Shown one piece after another: positions 26,278 through 39,972 of a stretch of DNA of 64,000 nt. Made by a program: the position numbers and the translations under genes. Where the stretch lies: assembly GCF_018977255.1 (NCBI RefSeq), contig NW_024704743.1:59646001-59710000 (forward strand), written 5' to 3'. Source of the stretch: Callorhinchus milii. Lineage: Eukaryota. The notes beneath the pieces are model-generated. The model saw only the letters and a program-made list of their open reading frames with translations. It was not told the DNA's origin and ran no database searches. Each line of letters starts with the position of its first letter. Position 1 is the first letter of the stretch.

Positions 26278-26624
26278 GTTAATAGTAACACCAATGTTCA
26301 ATAATTACCACAATCTGAATTATAATATTTTGTACAGTACCTAATGTACACACAGTAATATTAAGGATTCTCTCAATCAGTGGGTCTGAGTGAACAGCTT
26401 GCCCTGAGAGCCAGTGCAGACTTTATGGGCAGAATAGCTCCTTCTGTGCTGTAAATTTCTATGATCAACTTAAAAGTCATGCTGGTGGTACAGTGACTGA
26501 CCCAAAACATGCAATTCTTTCTAGAGCAGTTGAAGTAAAGCTTAAATTGGGAGGGTTTCACTTTTGTCTTCTCCCCACGTCCCTCTTCCTTTCCTTTGAT
26601 GGCTGTTTGTATTGCTACTAGATA

Positions 26625-27355
26625 ATTCAAGCCTTGACCACTACAGGTATTAAAGTTAAGTTTCAAACGGCAGTTTGTGTTCAGTTAGCTGATCTCAGCA
26701 ATAGAAGCATTGGGCTGTTACAATTGGCTTCAACTCAGGAGGGAAAGGAAAGCTGTCAAGGTTCACAACTCTTGATTGCTACATCTGATAAAGTGTCAGC
26801 CTGGTACAGTTGGAAGCACTCTCACTTCTGTGTCAGATGGTTGTGGGTTCAAACCTACACTGGGACTCCAATGCTGTGGTGGGGAAGTGCTACGTCGTTG
26901 GAAGGGACATCTATCGGAGGAGACGATAAGTTGGGGTCACGCCTGCCTGTCCAGGTGGACTTCAAATATCTTGTGGACCTACTCGAAAAGAGAAAATAAA
27001 GGAGTTTCTCCCGGTATCTTGGCCAATAATCCCCCGGTAAAATTGGACATTCACTTCCAGCACTTAAAATTTTCCACTTCATGTGCTCAAATTGACTATC
27101 ACATTTGCCTAGAAAATACACAGTTACTACACTTTACAGTAAATCCTGTGAAGCTCTTTGAGGCGTCCTTCCAACGTCAGGATTGTAATTTATAAGAACA
27201 GGATCTGGCTCAACTGAGGGATTCTTCACTGTAGAATAGCCTGCCATAGGCTCACACATTAGGAAAAGTCACTTGAGTCAGGTATTTGAGAATGTCTGGG
27301 CACTCGCATTACCATAAGCCAGGATGAGCCCATCCCTTCAGAAGGGAATGAGAAG
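26625..27355 (+). mobile_element. LF-SINE-like relic split by a Deu-domain SINE (26793-27192)
   Basis: 5' half ttagctgatctcagc...acaattggc; 3' half aacaggatctggctc...gaatagcctgcc...gctcacaca; a tRNA-headed DeuSINE lies between them. Confidence 0.65.
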
Positions 27356-27902
27356 ACACAAAAAAACACTGATGACTTGAAACATTCTTACGAGGCACTT
27401 ATGTTTCTAGAGTCCACCATTTCAGGCAGCAAGGGAAAAAAAACAAATCAGGGAATCCCAGTGCCATATCAGGACACTGAGCAGGTCAATGAGTTTATTC
27501 GTGGAAAAACAGCCCACTGGAAATATGTAGATAATTTTGCCAATACATGTAAGAGAGAGAAAAACATCTACAGTACCTGGTAAAAGCAAACAGAAAACTG
27601 TCTGTACAATATTGTACTTTCTGATGATATGGAAATCTGTTCACGGCTTTCTTAAAAAAATGAAAATTGCTTGTGTTTATCTTAGCTTCCTCACCAGCTG
27701 TGGAATTATTTGGCTAATGACAAGCAGTTGCAGTGTATAGGAGAAAGCCACATGAAGAATTCCAAATTGAATAAGCGCCTTCTCCAAACTGTATACTGTA
27801 CATTCTACACAAGTGTTACTGCTAAAGTTCACTTTGAATCAAGGTGAGGTCAGAATGGAGTGCAAAGTTGTTTGAAGCATTGATTTCAATAACAGTATGA
27901 AT

Positions 27903-28310
27903 AACTTACATTTATATAGTGCCCTTCATTCAGGATAGCATCTTGGAGGGCTGCACAGTGGCAGAGTTGGACGCCAAGCAACAGAGAAGGGAGTTAACCA
28001 CAAGCACAATTAAAGGTGGGATACCAGGTGGAAAGATTGAGGCAGTGAGTTCCAGAAGTTAGGAGCATAGTGGCTGATGGCACTGCCACCGATAGTGGCA
28101 TGGAAGGGGTCATGAGATGCGTAACAGGCCTGTGTAGGGGACAGGCAGGGGAGTAGGGTACAAATAGGTCAGAAATGGGGAGGGGAGGTTTCAGCAACTT
28201 GAGAGCAGAAACAATGCTAATCCCTGCTGATGTACTGCCAATGACAGGCAGACTATTAAACACTGTTGCTATATGGAGGTTCAATATGAAGTGAAGAAAG
28301 AGAAAAGAGG
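27903..28310 (-). mobile_element. Old L2 3' fragment
   Basis: Degenerate L2 C-terminus and tail (ttacatttatatagtgccc). Confidence 0.6.
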
Positions 28311-28575
28311 GCACTCTTCATAACCGCCCATGTCTTTGTGGCATGGCAGAGGGGGGTAAGAGTGTATTGGCCTATAATTGCTAGCTCACTACCAGTGCTG
28401 TCCTATTTACCTGTTCTTTCTCAATATTTTTGGCCCTTTTTATTTTTTTAAATGTTTTTTTTGTTCCAGAGTACCATAGCTATTGCTTTCCCAAAAGAGC
28501 ATCTTTCTTAAGAGTTCTGCTTGCCCTAACTGCCCTTCCTGGTAACCTTCTGTTAATTACCCTCATTTTGAATAC

Positions 28576-28883
28576 ATAATAATAATAATCCTTGCATTTG
28601 ATATAGTGCTTTTCACGCCTTCTAGATGTCTCAAAGCGCTTCACAGAATAGACTGTAAAGTGAATTGACTTTGTGGGCGAAATGCGGCAGCCAAATTGAG
28701 CACAGCAGTGTCTCACAAACACTCGTGGATTGAAGTGACCAATTTATTATTGTTTTGTTTTGGAGGGATTATTATCAGGCGTGTGGAGTAAGGAAACTTG
28801 CCCAAGATTTTGCCCAGCTGGAAATCGAACCTAGGTCTCTCGCTTGAGAGGCAAGTGCTCTAACCACTGAGCTACAGGACTCC
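28576..28883 (-). mobile_element. tRNA-derived SINE family B, internally deleted form
   Basis: Head ggagtcctgtagctcagtggttagagc...ggttcgatt (A/B boxes) and tail atcaaatgcaaggattattattat. Confidence 0.88.
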
Positions 28884-30309
28884 GCACTATATTGATTAAA
28901 ACCAAAATGAAATTTAAACTGAGTATTTTTTGTCACCTTTCATTCTTTCTACATTGTTGCTACTTCCATAAAATACACATTAAGGAAACATTCACAAGAC
29001 AAGTCAATTTGATTTTTTTAAAAAAGCTATGCAAGTTTCAACAGTTCATTTTGTGAACGTTTAAATACAAATGATTATTTTAAATATATATTAATAACAA
29101 AATTATCACATGTACTAAATTGACAAGTGGGCAAAAATCAACTTTAAACGAAGTTCCGAAGAAAATGTTCTTTCAAAATACTTTGATTGTATGATTGTAA
29201 TTTAGACAGAAACATATTTCCTAACAGTTGTCAAAGTTACTTTGTTGCTCTGGACAGTGTTTTTATTGTATTATGAAGTTATTGTAATTATTGTTAAGCA
29301 GCAAAATGAGATTAGATCCATCCATAATTTCGTGGATATTTAACCTTTCACTTATACAAACGGAAAAAGTTTCAGCATTCACTTAAATCCTATTTTTATT
29401 TCTTACAATAATTAAATGGCTGAAACAGATTAGAAGGGTGGAACAAGAAGAGTGGTATAGGCAGGGTACTGGAGGCATTTAAGAAACAGCTTGATGATGG
29501 TGCCAAGAATTCAATGGAATTTATTGATTTCAACTTCCCATTGACTTGAAATCTCATTGAGTGATCAACAATCACAATCCTTCTCCTCATCCACCTCTGG
29601 TAATGAACATCCTTCACAGTATATACAAATTTATGTTTTTTTACTCTGCATTCACAAGGTTGATTTGGATGAAGAAGGTCAGAAAAACCTCCGTCTCTGT
29701 TTTTAAAACGAGTCCAGTGTCCAGTGTCCACCTTGGACGCTCAATTACCCTTCCTGGCAACCTTCCTGTTCTCAGGTTTGTCTACATTAAAATCCACCTA
29801 TCCAGTGGCCCAAATCTTCTTGAATGCTATTTATCTTCCTTGTGTTAGTCAACCACCCACATTGCTTGGCATAATCAGCAAATTTTATATACTAGCTGTA
29901 CCCATCACAGCTATGCTTGCAACCAAAGGATCCAATGTGGAATGTAGATTTCAGTATTGTTATACTTTATATGAGATTATTATACATTATATGCAATTAT
30001 TATACTTTAGATAACGATAAGAGATCCCCCCCAAAATATGCCCCTGGTTTTCTCTGTCACTACTTTGTTTTAAAATATATTAGTACAGATATGTCTCTCT
30101 AGAATGGTGTGTGATTTCCTCTATTGCTACTTTGTTGCATGAATACCTCATATTTTGGGGCTTAATTGAAGCATCTTTTAAATATAGCTCATCAACAATA
30201 GGAGATCCCCGAAAAACATACGCCCTAGACACTCGGGCACCAAGACCTTTCCGATGAGAGATTGGGAAGATTGCAGTTATATTGCTTTTGTTCTAAGTTC
30301 TCCTCACTG

Positions 30310-30570
30310 GCGTATTCGTCACTGCTTCTGGTCTGGTCTCCTCTTGCTGGGGTCCAGGTTCCACAGATGCTAGTTGTCCTTTGGTACCCTGCCCAAGTGG
30401 TCATTGCTTCTAATTGGGGATGAGTGCTAACAGGGCACTTGACGATAGAGGGTATCACAGCCGAACCTGACCTCCAGTCACCTGACTGCTACACATGAAC
30501 ACAACCAGCAGAGGGGGGGGGAAAAAAATCCTGGCTGGCCTTCCCGTCCCTAACCCTGGAAAGGCTGGGG
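30310..30570 (-). mobile_element. LF-SINE-like relic
   Basis: Reverse complement resembles the 8190-8600 copy (ggttcggctgtgataccctc, accacttgggcagggtacc). Confidence 0.55.
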
Positions 30571-30968
30571 TATTTGGATTTTTGGATTAAGAGATCTGCC
30601 AAGGCATAATAAACTGGTGGAATAGGAACCATAGGCCAAATAGCCTGTTCCTATGTTACGAATGACTGACCCCAGTGCCATACTTTACTAAATGACCATT
30701 TCTATTACACACTCACTGATACCATAGACTAGCCTCTTTACTATTGCATTACTTGGTGCTATGAAGAAACTGCTGCTTGGAGGGGCTCGTAAAACAGCAG
30801 GTCTTCTATTCTATGAAACTGCAAAGTGGAAAAAAGAATGTTACTTCTAACACTTCAATGGAATAACCTAGATTGTCTCAACTCCCACTGCATTAAAATT
30901 GGCCGCTGATGTTGAGTTCATGTTTTATGTAAGGCAACAGTTTGAATGCTATTTGGAAGTTATATAAC

Positions 30969-31241
30969 AATAATAATCCTTGCATTTGATATAGCGCCTT
31001 TCACATTGGGACAAAGTCTCACAACTTTTCACAGGGTGAAATGACAATTTTTTTATCCTGAGTGACTGATGGTCAGGATACTAGAAGAAATTATTCCCTC
31101 TTTTTGAATAATGCAATGGGGTCTTTAACATTCATCTGAACAGGCAGATAGGACCTCGGTCTGGCGTCTCATCCAAAGAACACCGTTGGCAAAGCAGCGC
31201 CCTGCACTGGAGTGTCAGCCCAGATTGTGAGCTCAACCCAC

Positions 31242-31276
<35 letters not shown>

Positions 31277-31292
31277 AAGGGTAACTGACACC
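30969..31292 (-). mobile_element. Deu-domain SINE
   Basis: tRNA head, Deu core and (TTA)n tail in reverse orientation. Confidence 0.78.
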
Positions 31293-34200
31293 TTATGGCT
31301 TCAACTAAAATTGGAATAAAAAAATGTTTCGTCTTTTAGGCACTCCTAAGAAATTATGTCAACCTGTTGATGATGAAATTTAATAAGGAAACTAATTGCT
31401 GTGCTGAGTGTACACGTCCAAGTATATTTGAGGGATAATTAAGTTGATTAATAAATAAGTCTTGGATTTATTTTAATGCTTCCATGTGTTTTCAATCACT
31501 GGCAATGTGTGGCGTGTCAGTTTTATGAATAAACTGGGGAAATATCTAACAGATTTAACCAAATATCTCTGCAAAATTTAACATTCTTTGCAGATTTCTG
31601 CTGACTCCTTTGATGATATGTAAGTTTGGAAATCTGAGTTTTGTTTGCATTTCACATTAGTGTAATAACAGTCCTTAATCCTTAACCTGCTTGCATGCCA
31701 CCTTAAACCTCTTGCATCATATTTTAAGATGACTCCGAAAACTAGTCATAAATCATAAAGATCGCCAGTGACTATTTTATTTCTTAATTGTTTTGACACT
31801 AATTTTATTCCATATTTGAATATAATATTGCCTCTATCATAAAAGCATGCTCTTACTAGTTACCTATACATAAACAAAGCTGCTGTTTTATGTCCAGATA
31901 TAACATACTCAGTTACAATACATAGTGTTACACTACATAACAGATTAAGAGTTAGCTATAGAAAAACAGTTTAGATTACATCACATAGTGTGCTGCTTAT
32001 TTTTTTACAGAACAGTTTATTAATCTTGAACCCATTGTGCATTCTGCATTTAGAACTTTCTCTGAAGTGGAATAAAAGGTTAAACCATTTATTGCAGGTT
32101 ATCTGTTCAAAACTGGTTTTGCAACACTTTACTATTTATTAGACATACTTTTTCATGAGTTTTTACTGCTTAAACTGTGGGAATTTGCCTTAGAAATGTT
32201 GACAAAATTGGTACCCTAATAGTGCCTTTCAGCAAATTGCTCAGCAAGTGTACACTAATAGGATGCAGCGACATGCATGAGTTCTGCACTATCCATAGGT
32301 TATGGTTTAATGTAAGGTGCACTCTCACACAAACATCAGTGATATTTGGTCATATAGTCCTGTATTTTAACTTAGATTAGAGCAATCTATTCAAGGATTT
32401 TACTTTTAACTCTAATTTCTTGATATGCCACTAAGAATGGCATTTAGTTTCCAGTCAGCTACTTTATGTGTTTCATTGCCAAGCATCAGTTGTTGTGCAG
32501 AATGATAACCCCTAAACCTTTTATATTCTGAAAAAGAAACACTGAACATTCTGGAGCTGCAGGTAAAAAGATGCAGCTAAAAGGATTCACCCCCCCACCC
32601 CGGATGAAATGGACTTGGATATTGAAGATGTATGAGTGGGCGTGATTAAATAGCAAACGACCAGAGGCTTGAACAGATTTTAAAAGGATTTAACTATTCG
32701 GAGGGAGAAGTCAGAATATGTCAGCCAGAATTTGCTCTGCAATCCCAGAGGATTGAACCTTCTGTCATGTTATCGTGGTATATTTAAATTAAATAAAATA
32801 TTTTCTCAGATTGTGCACGCGTGTGCCGTGTTTCGTGATTTTGCCATTTTACTAATATCGCACATCAGACACCTCCCGGTATGTCCAAATTATTTTGATC
32901 TCGTCCTTTCAGAATACACACCTTATCATCATCCCATTACAACATCACAGGCCTCTACCATCCTTCCTCGTAACCCATTCACAACCATTAATTAAATATT
33001 TTTGGCAGAAAAATAAGCAGCATTGAGCTCTATACAATGCCTATGTTGTTACTTTACATTATTTCCACATCCCCAGCCACTTCCCTCCAAGTTTAAGACA
33101 ACTCCAGATGGTGGCATTAAGAAGAGACAGAAATTCCTCTGGTCCTAGAATTAGACTATGTTCTTAACATTTCAATGTTTAAAAATTCTTAAATAGTCTT
33201 CACTAGGGAGCTGGTTTTTCATAGGTCTTAAAAGATATGTGGAAAAAATGGCTCCAAAATTAAGACTGTATTTAAGAATTTTCCAAATTATCTACCATTA
33301 AAACATTAAGAATATAGTCTAAATTTAGAATCAGGTGGAATTTCTGAGCCCAGGGCACTGATTTAATTTAACAGGCTTGATGATGTCATGTCAATATGGT
33401 ACCATTAATATTCTGGAAGGACGAGATCAAATAGGGAGAACGGCCTCCGTCTTCATCCGAACCTTTCTTGTGATCTGTAGCACAGCACAGAAATCACAAG
33501 GTAACTTCCACGATAAATCCCCCTGAGACTGGCACATGAAATCTCAGATATTAGCAAGTAATATCTGCAGGGAGCATATCCAGTCAGTGGAGAAAAAACA
33601 GCAACCTTTTTTTCCTAAGTACTTTTACAACATATTTTTACTTCAAAGGGATCTCCTCCTAATCAATAAAACATGAGGTTCAGTTTTCCAAAGAAAAATC
33701 AAGCTTCTTTCAGTTTATAACTTAATAGCTAAAACACAAACAGAAAATTTCCCTCATAAAATGAACTGCAAAGTAACCTGATCACTGGCTGTTGTTGGGG
33801 ATGGAATTCATTCAGTATCAAAAACTGGTTTCATGTACTTGCTCTTAATTAGCAAATGTTAATACTATGGTTTTGTTGTAGTAATGAAAACACCAACCTT
33901 AACTGATGGCAAAACTATACAGGTTTGTTGTAGCAATCAAATTAACAGGATAGACATACTTCAATTCAAAGAACAAGATACAAGTAAAACACTGAAATGA
34001 AGGTGTGTGGGGAGCACAAGTACTGTTGGTACATTCACCCCTACTTATAAATATATATAAAAACATAAATTAAGAAATGGAAAAAATAACATGATATATT
34101 TATAGCAAGCTTTTGCTCCAGCAACATACTGTATTATGAATAAATGTACAGCACCTAATGGTTTTACGATTGCAACCATCATATGAGAATTAGAAACCTG

Positions 34201-34326
34201 CTCCAATAGCAAATACAATTTGTAGTTGCATTACTGTACATATTACTTTTTATAAGCAGGATTTTATTTTAATTAAAACAAGTCACTGAATAATTCACAG
34301 GGGAAATAAAAAGGTGAGCAACCTAC

Positions 34327-34466
34327 CAGGAGGAACCGAGTAAATTCTTGGTATGTAAGGCGCTTTTGTCTTTGCTTCCCAAAATACAGCTCCACAAACT
34401 CAGAATTCCAGTTAAATGGAATATGCTGGTGTATAACGGTCTGGCCGAATATTTGCTTGACGTCAT
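34327..34466 (-). CDS. SLC25A13: Citrin coding exon (exon 5 equivalent)
   Basis: 140 bp, ctag|AT...CTG|gtaggt; [55 protein letters not shown] and terminal FLL match citrin. Confidence 0.97.
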
Positions 34467-36056
34467 CTAGGCATTATTATGGTGAAAGATACAGAGTAGG
34501 AATTAGAAAGAGAGAAAAAAAATGCTCATGCTACCTGTAATTGAAGACAGAAAAACATTTCCATCAACATCCTAAGGCATGGAATTAATATGAATTTGAC
34601 TCCTAAGTAACTTGAGGTCAAATGCTTGTCAGACTAAACTCGCTCTTCGGTGATATTCATATGCCATGACTTAGGTTAACTGTTTGTAGTGAGTAACCGA
34701 TCAAGTGCCTAGTTTAACAATAACTACCCTCCAGTCTTACTGCAGAAATATCGTGCTATGCCAATTCTCATTGAGACATCAAAAGTATTTGGAGGTTGCT
34801 GGGGACATCTAACATATGTTTTAGTAAAATTATATTTCAGAAAGATCCAATATTTGCACAACAGAAATTAACCACTGAACACAACCTGTCATAAACCTTA
34901 ATAGAACAGACCTTTTTGAACTTTCAAAACCAAGGTATTAAGAAAAAATTCTGTTCACAGAATTTTTACTTGTACACAGTGTAAGTAATGGAAGCTATAA
35001 GGAACTTGCCCGACAATCAGTACAAGCTGAACACTTTTCTCTGCTTTACTTCAATTTTACTGAATGAATGCATCCTCTGTGTAAATTATTTCAAAATTCC
35101 CATTGTTAAAAACAAATTACAGCAGATTTTTAAGTAAAATTTTACACAGAATTGTTAATTGGAATTTGGAACCACATTATTTAATAAATCTATATATTCT
35201 TCACAATATTTAAATAATAAACTTTCTCCCAAAAGTTGAGAGAACTGAAATGTTTTGATGAATTAAATTTTTTTCTTAAAAAGTACCATTTTATTTTAAA
35301 CCGTTTTCCTTGAATTTAAACCACACACCTTGTGACACCCTCCATATTTGAAAGACTCGATATAAATGTAAACCTATTGTTGTAAACCAATACAAAGATC
35401 TGAAACACAAAGAGTACCAGGATTTCTAGACCCCAAAGAAATGTATGGAGTCAGTTGCATCTGTATCTTTCTGCAATCAGGATAGGAACAGAAACAGCTC
35501 TTGCGTTAACAAGCATTGAATGTAATACCAGGAACAGGGAACACCACTAAATCATTTAAACCCTACGGACTTGCATTATCGGCTTTTATGTACCTGTCAA
35601 CACTTAATAGCAAGCACTAAGATCTTATAGTACTTCTGTCTCGCAGGTGCAAGAACATGTCAAACCTGCTTTCAGGATCAAGTTCTGTTTTGCATTAACC
35701 TTCAGAGTACAGTAACCTTATTGCAATATGTTGTTCCATGCCAGAGAGACCATGAATGGCACTAGTTAGTTCATGTACAGCAGTGGTGGCCAACCTTTAT
35801 GGTCAGCCAACAAAGTAAATTTTATTGATTGAATATATCTTGATTTATGAAAGCAAAAAAAATCCACAACTTTTGGTTTTATCCTTACTTTTTCAGCGAA
35901 CATTTAATTAGTCAAGGGCTTAGATAGATCGGAAGGTTTACACAAGTGACAAAAAAAAATTACACTTGTAAAGTGCCTTTCACTTCGGAAGGACATGAAG
36001 TAAAGCTAAAGTAGACAATTTGACTAACTGCAGATTAAACCTGGAATTCTTTAGAT

Positions 36057-36647
36057 CAGGGATTCTCAAACTTTTTCATAGTGAACCTCCCTAAAATAAG
36101 AATAAACAAACAATTGTTTGTTAAACCACATAGTTTATTAAGACAACACAAAGAATTAAACATTATTTACTTTATACCAATAGGAATAATAAAGTAGAAG
36201 AACTTTGATCAGTATAGTTATGAGTATGAGTGTCAAACGTGCACATTCTATTTCATAAAGCACGGTTCTGTTCAAAAAGTTCATCTCTTATTGTCAGAAA
36301 ACAATCCATTGATTGTCGGTGGATTGATCCATTGAGGATTGATTGACATGCAGCCAACAGAGCCCCACACCCTGTTTGCGCCTGACACAGTTCAGGTGAC
36401 TCCACTATTGGTTGCCGTACACATCAAGGAGAGTGACTGTCACACCCTGTCAATCAATCATCGTCCTTCCCCCCACACCCATCCCCTGTTGTCACAGGGA
36501 TTGTAATGGTGGGAAGCATTGTTTGCAGGGTTTGATTGTTGGGGAGTGGCTTTTCTGCGCTGTGGGGCAAGTGACCACTGCTGGGAAGTATGCAACTAGC
36601 TCCTCTCATGGCACACACCCTCACATCCCCAAGTTTGAGAGTCTCTG
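36057..36647. mobile_element. Non-autonomous hAT-type DNA transposon
   Basis: TIRs cagggattctcaaact and agtttgagagtctctg (14/16); TSD only weakly retained (ctttagat vs cacttgat). Confidence 0.65.
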
Positions 36648-37199
36648 CACTTGATCATAATTTACACAACAGCAAAGTCTGGGAAGGAACAGGGGGAGCT
36701 GGATTTTGTGAACATAATCTGTATACAGGCAGTGCTGAATGAGTTAGAATTGAATTCAACCCAAAAAGTAAACAATGACTATTTTTATGCAATTTACAAG
36801 CAAGTCAGCAGCACAACTAACAGGCAATTGGCACTGAAACGGACAAGTAATCAGCTAAAAGTGACATAGTTCCATCAGAGAAACACAACATGAATGTGCA
36901 ACTACTGATTAGCATCTAAAAAGATTTAAAGCAAGTGACATCAGGCCCCGCTCATTACACGTTTCTTTGTTATTACCTGTCCCTCATTTAACTAAACTAA
37001 ATCATGCCTATTTCACTTATATCTGCCAAAATGTAATTGCAGGTCTGGAGGAGGTCTTGGTAATAGTAATTTAAACATGCTTGTGCCAGCAAGTACATGA
37101 ACTGATTACTGATGATGTAATTACTTCAGCATTCCAAATTAACTGCAATCCAACTGGCTTCCCAAGTAATACAACACGACACTAGGGTTTTCAGTGGTC

Positions 37200-38560
37200 C
37201 AGCGGCGTCAGGGAAAACAATGAACTAACTACACACTTCTGGTGAGGGAAGTACGAGGAAGGACTGACCAGGAAAGTGTTTATAAAGGCAGATTTAAAGG
37301 CAGTTTTGCTTCAGTTGCATTGATACTGAGCTGGATTTTTTTGGGGGGCGGGAGGGTCACCCAGAAAGCACAAGAGCATGGCTTGATTGTATGTTGAGGT
37401 ACTGCTGGTTTTAATCAGCTCAAACTTTATAGCTTGCCATTCAAACCAATGTCTGGCAAGCATCTCACTGCTTATTCAAGTAGGACCACCCTACTCATTT
37501 GGACTTCAGCCTCAGGGTTAACAGGAGCTGAGTGGGAAGTATCACTGCACCCAGTGATTCGCATGCCCTTCCAAGTCTTGTGGATGAGACAGGTGGTTCA
37601 ACTGTCAACAACAACAACAACAAGATTCCATTTATAAAGCGCCTTTCACGTCAGGAGGACGTCCCAAGACGTCCCAACAGCAGTGACCTGGAATACTGTG
37701 GTCTGAACTAGCTTGGGAACCAGAAGACCTAGGTGGAAGATAGGTACCAGGAACTCCTTATGAAATGCATGAGAGCATTGAACCATCCTCCTGCCACAGT
37801 TCAGACATCCAACAAAGTGCAGGTTTCAGTTCTCACTTCGTGGATGGCAGGAACTAGGAGCTCCCAGTGAAATTCCTGATGAGTAGCACAGCTCTGAATG
37901 AAATGAGCGAGAGCATTGCCACCATCTTCCTGCTTGGACACACATGCCTTCCCATTGAGCCATGGTTACACATGTTGGAGAAGAGTTTCAGCAGCAGCCT
38001 CTGCAAACCAATTAAAGTGGATATCAAGCCCTGGATACATGAACTTGTGTTCATGAACGCCAGGTAATTCATTGGGATGACAGCAGCTGAATTGAGATGA
38101 CAGCCAGCCACCCAATGTCGCGTACCCATTTTATTCAGCACCAGCTGCTTAATCCAGTTCCTCATGTGGGGGCTTCAGCACCTCGAGCAGTGCAGAATCA
38201 TAATACCGCACTCGGTGGCATCTACAATCATGTCCAACTGAGTGTCCGTGTTCAAATGCTGAGTGCAGCACATGAGACCCCTAGGTGAGCCCAGCAGCAA
38301 AATATCGTCCACAAACAGAAGTGCTGCAATCCTGTCAGGAATGTTTGGAACATATATACAAAGTCCGTCCCCCCCAACGCCATCTAATAAATCATTGATG
38401 AACACATTGAATAAGAGGGATGACAGTGGGCAGCCTTGCTTTACCCCCTCTCGAGAGCAATCAGCTCAGTGTGTTTACCAGATCTCGTCGCTGGAATACA
38501 CGTTCCATGACGTTAAGTTGTCTATCCCTGGTCTACATAATCTTGACAGGTTGTGAAAGT
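37200..38560 (-). mobile_element. Decayed non-LTR retrotransposon RT, not L2/CR1 type
   Basis: Minus strand reads GVKQGCPLSSLLFNVFINDLLDG...IAALLFVDDILLL; an L2 tail is inserted at about 37606-37680. Confidence 0.8.
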
Positions 38561-39268
38561 GTGGTCGCTTAGAAGGGTAGAGAATGAACCATTAGTAAAA
38601 TAAAACTATTAATAAAATGGTCCATGGGCAGTAATCGTAGCTGGACAAGCAGCTGGAAGCTTGTCAGACAGTAATGGCAAGTAATTCAGCTTTAGCTGTT
38701 TTATCTCCAGCAGTACCCTAATGCACACTCTGGGGTCCCAAGCCTTGGCTCTTGTCAACCTGCGCTTTATGCTCCCTACAGGGAGATAATGCGAATTACA
38801 TTCCAGATACAGGAAAACATCAATGCATGGGTGGAATACATATGAGGAACTCTGTCTGGTTTAGATACTGTTAAGCACATTAATGCATTTTTGCATGTGT
38901 CAGATACCGGCTGACCAAAAAGAAAAGTGACACTAGATTATGACTCTCCAAAAGAAGGGCAAACCAAATAGCAGCATTCTTATCATTCCAATTTGTCTTC
39001 TATCAAAAGGAATTGGAGCAAGTCTTGAAATCCAATGGTGCAATATCATAATGTTTCTCTAAATGTTTTGGAAACAATAAAAGTCAATGTTTCAGTTAAC
39101 AGCAGAGGCCAGCAATTCCTCATTTAGAAAAATAACTACAGAAAAAAACAGAGGACTACACTTGCTGTTCTTACAAAAGATATGACTGTGCACCCTACAA
39201 AGTCTTTTCACTGTATGATACTATCAAAAAATCTTTTTGAAACTGAATGCTCTTGTAATGGTACTTAC

Positions 39269-39384
39269 CAAATATGATGTCTCCTTTTCCCTTCTTGTCA
39301 AACAGTTGGAAAGCAACTTTGAACAAGGCATCTGGGGCACATAAAACATACTCAAATGCAAGGAAATCTTGAAAGGAGATCATC
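39269..39384 (-). CDS. SLC25A13: Citrin coding exon (exon 4 equivalent)
   Basis: 116 bp, acacag|G...G|gtaagt; [42 protein letters not shown] and GKG are citrin-like rather than aralar-like (DSMF, GNG). Confidence 0.97.
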
Positions 39385-39773
39385 CTGTGTATGTAAAATA
39401 AACCAGGTTATTGTGTCACATGAACACTAAAGTAGAATTGAACTGGAGGCAAAGTCTTTCAATACAGCACTGCTTTACAGTCTGAGTGATTAACGTGGAC
39501 GGGCGGGGGGAGAAGAAAAAGAGAGGGAACAATCTCATAGGACCTATAAAATGTTCAGGTACTTGGAATGGATACTAAGCTTTGCTTTTAAAAAAAACTT
39601 TTTATAGTGCTTATTGCAGCATTAACCTTGAAAAGTCAAATAAAACCAGTCATGATTTATGCAGAAAGCAGTCGTTGCTCAGTACTTGTGTACAGAATCC
39701 TTGCATATATGTTCCAATGCCCAAGACAGGAAACAAAAATGTCAATGTAATCAGCATTAGTATTTTCTGAAGA

Positions 39774-39972
39774 TAATAATAATTCTTGCATTTGATATAG
39801 AGCCTTATCATGTCTTCGAGACATCTCAAAGCTTCACAGAATATACTGTAAAATGATTTGACTGTATATTTTGTGGGCAAAATGCAGCGGCTAATTGTGT
39901 CCTACAAACAATTGTCGATTGAGTGACTAAATTATTATTATTTTTTGAAGAGATTATTACCCCTGGAGAAGT
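39774..39972 (-). mobile_element. SINE family B 3' portion
   Basis: Same 3' body and (TTA)n tail as the 28576 copy. Confidence 0.75.

Noticed and set aside
35781..35810. hAT-like terminus cagtggtggccaacct
   Set aside because: No matching partner TIR found, so an element cannot be delimited
37870..37910. Second CTGATGA...GAA hammerhead-like string (another near 27370)
   Set aside because: No well-paired stem II leading to GAAA and no stem I/III
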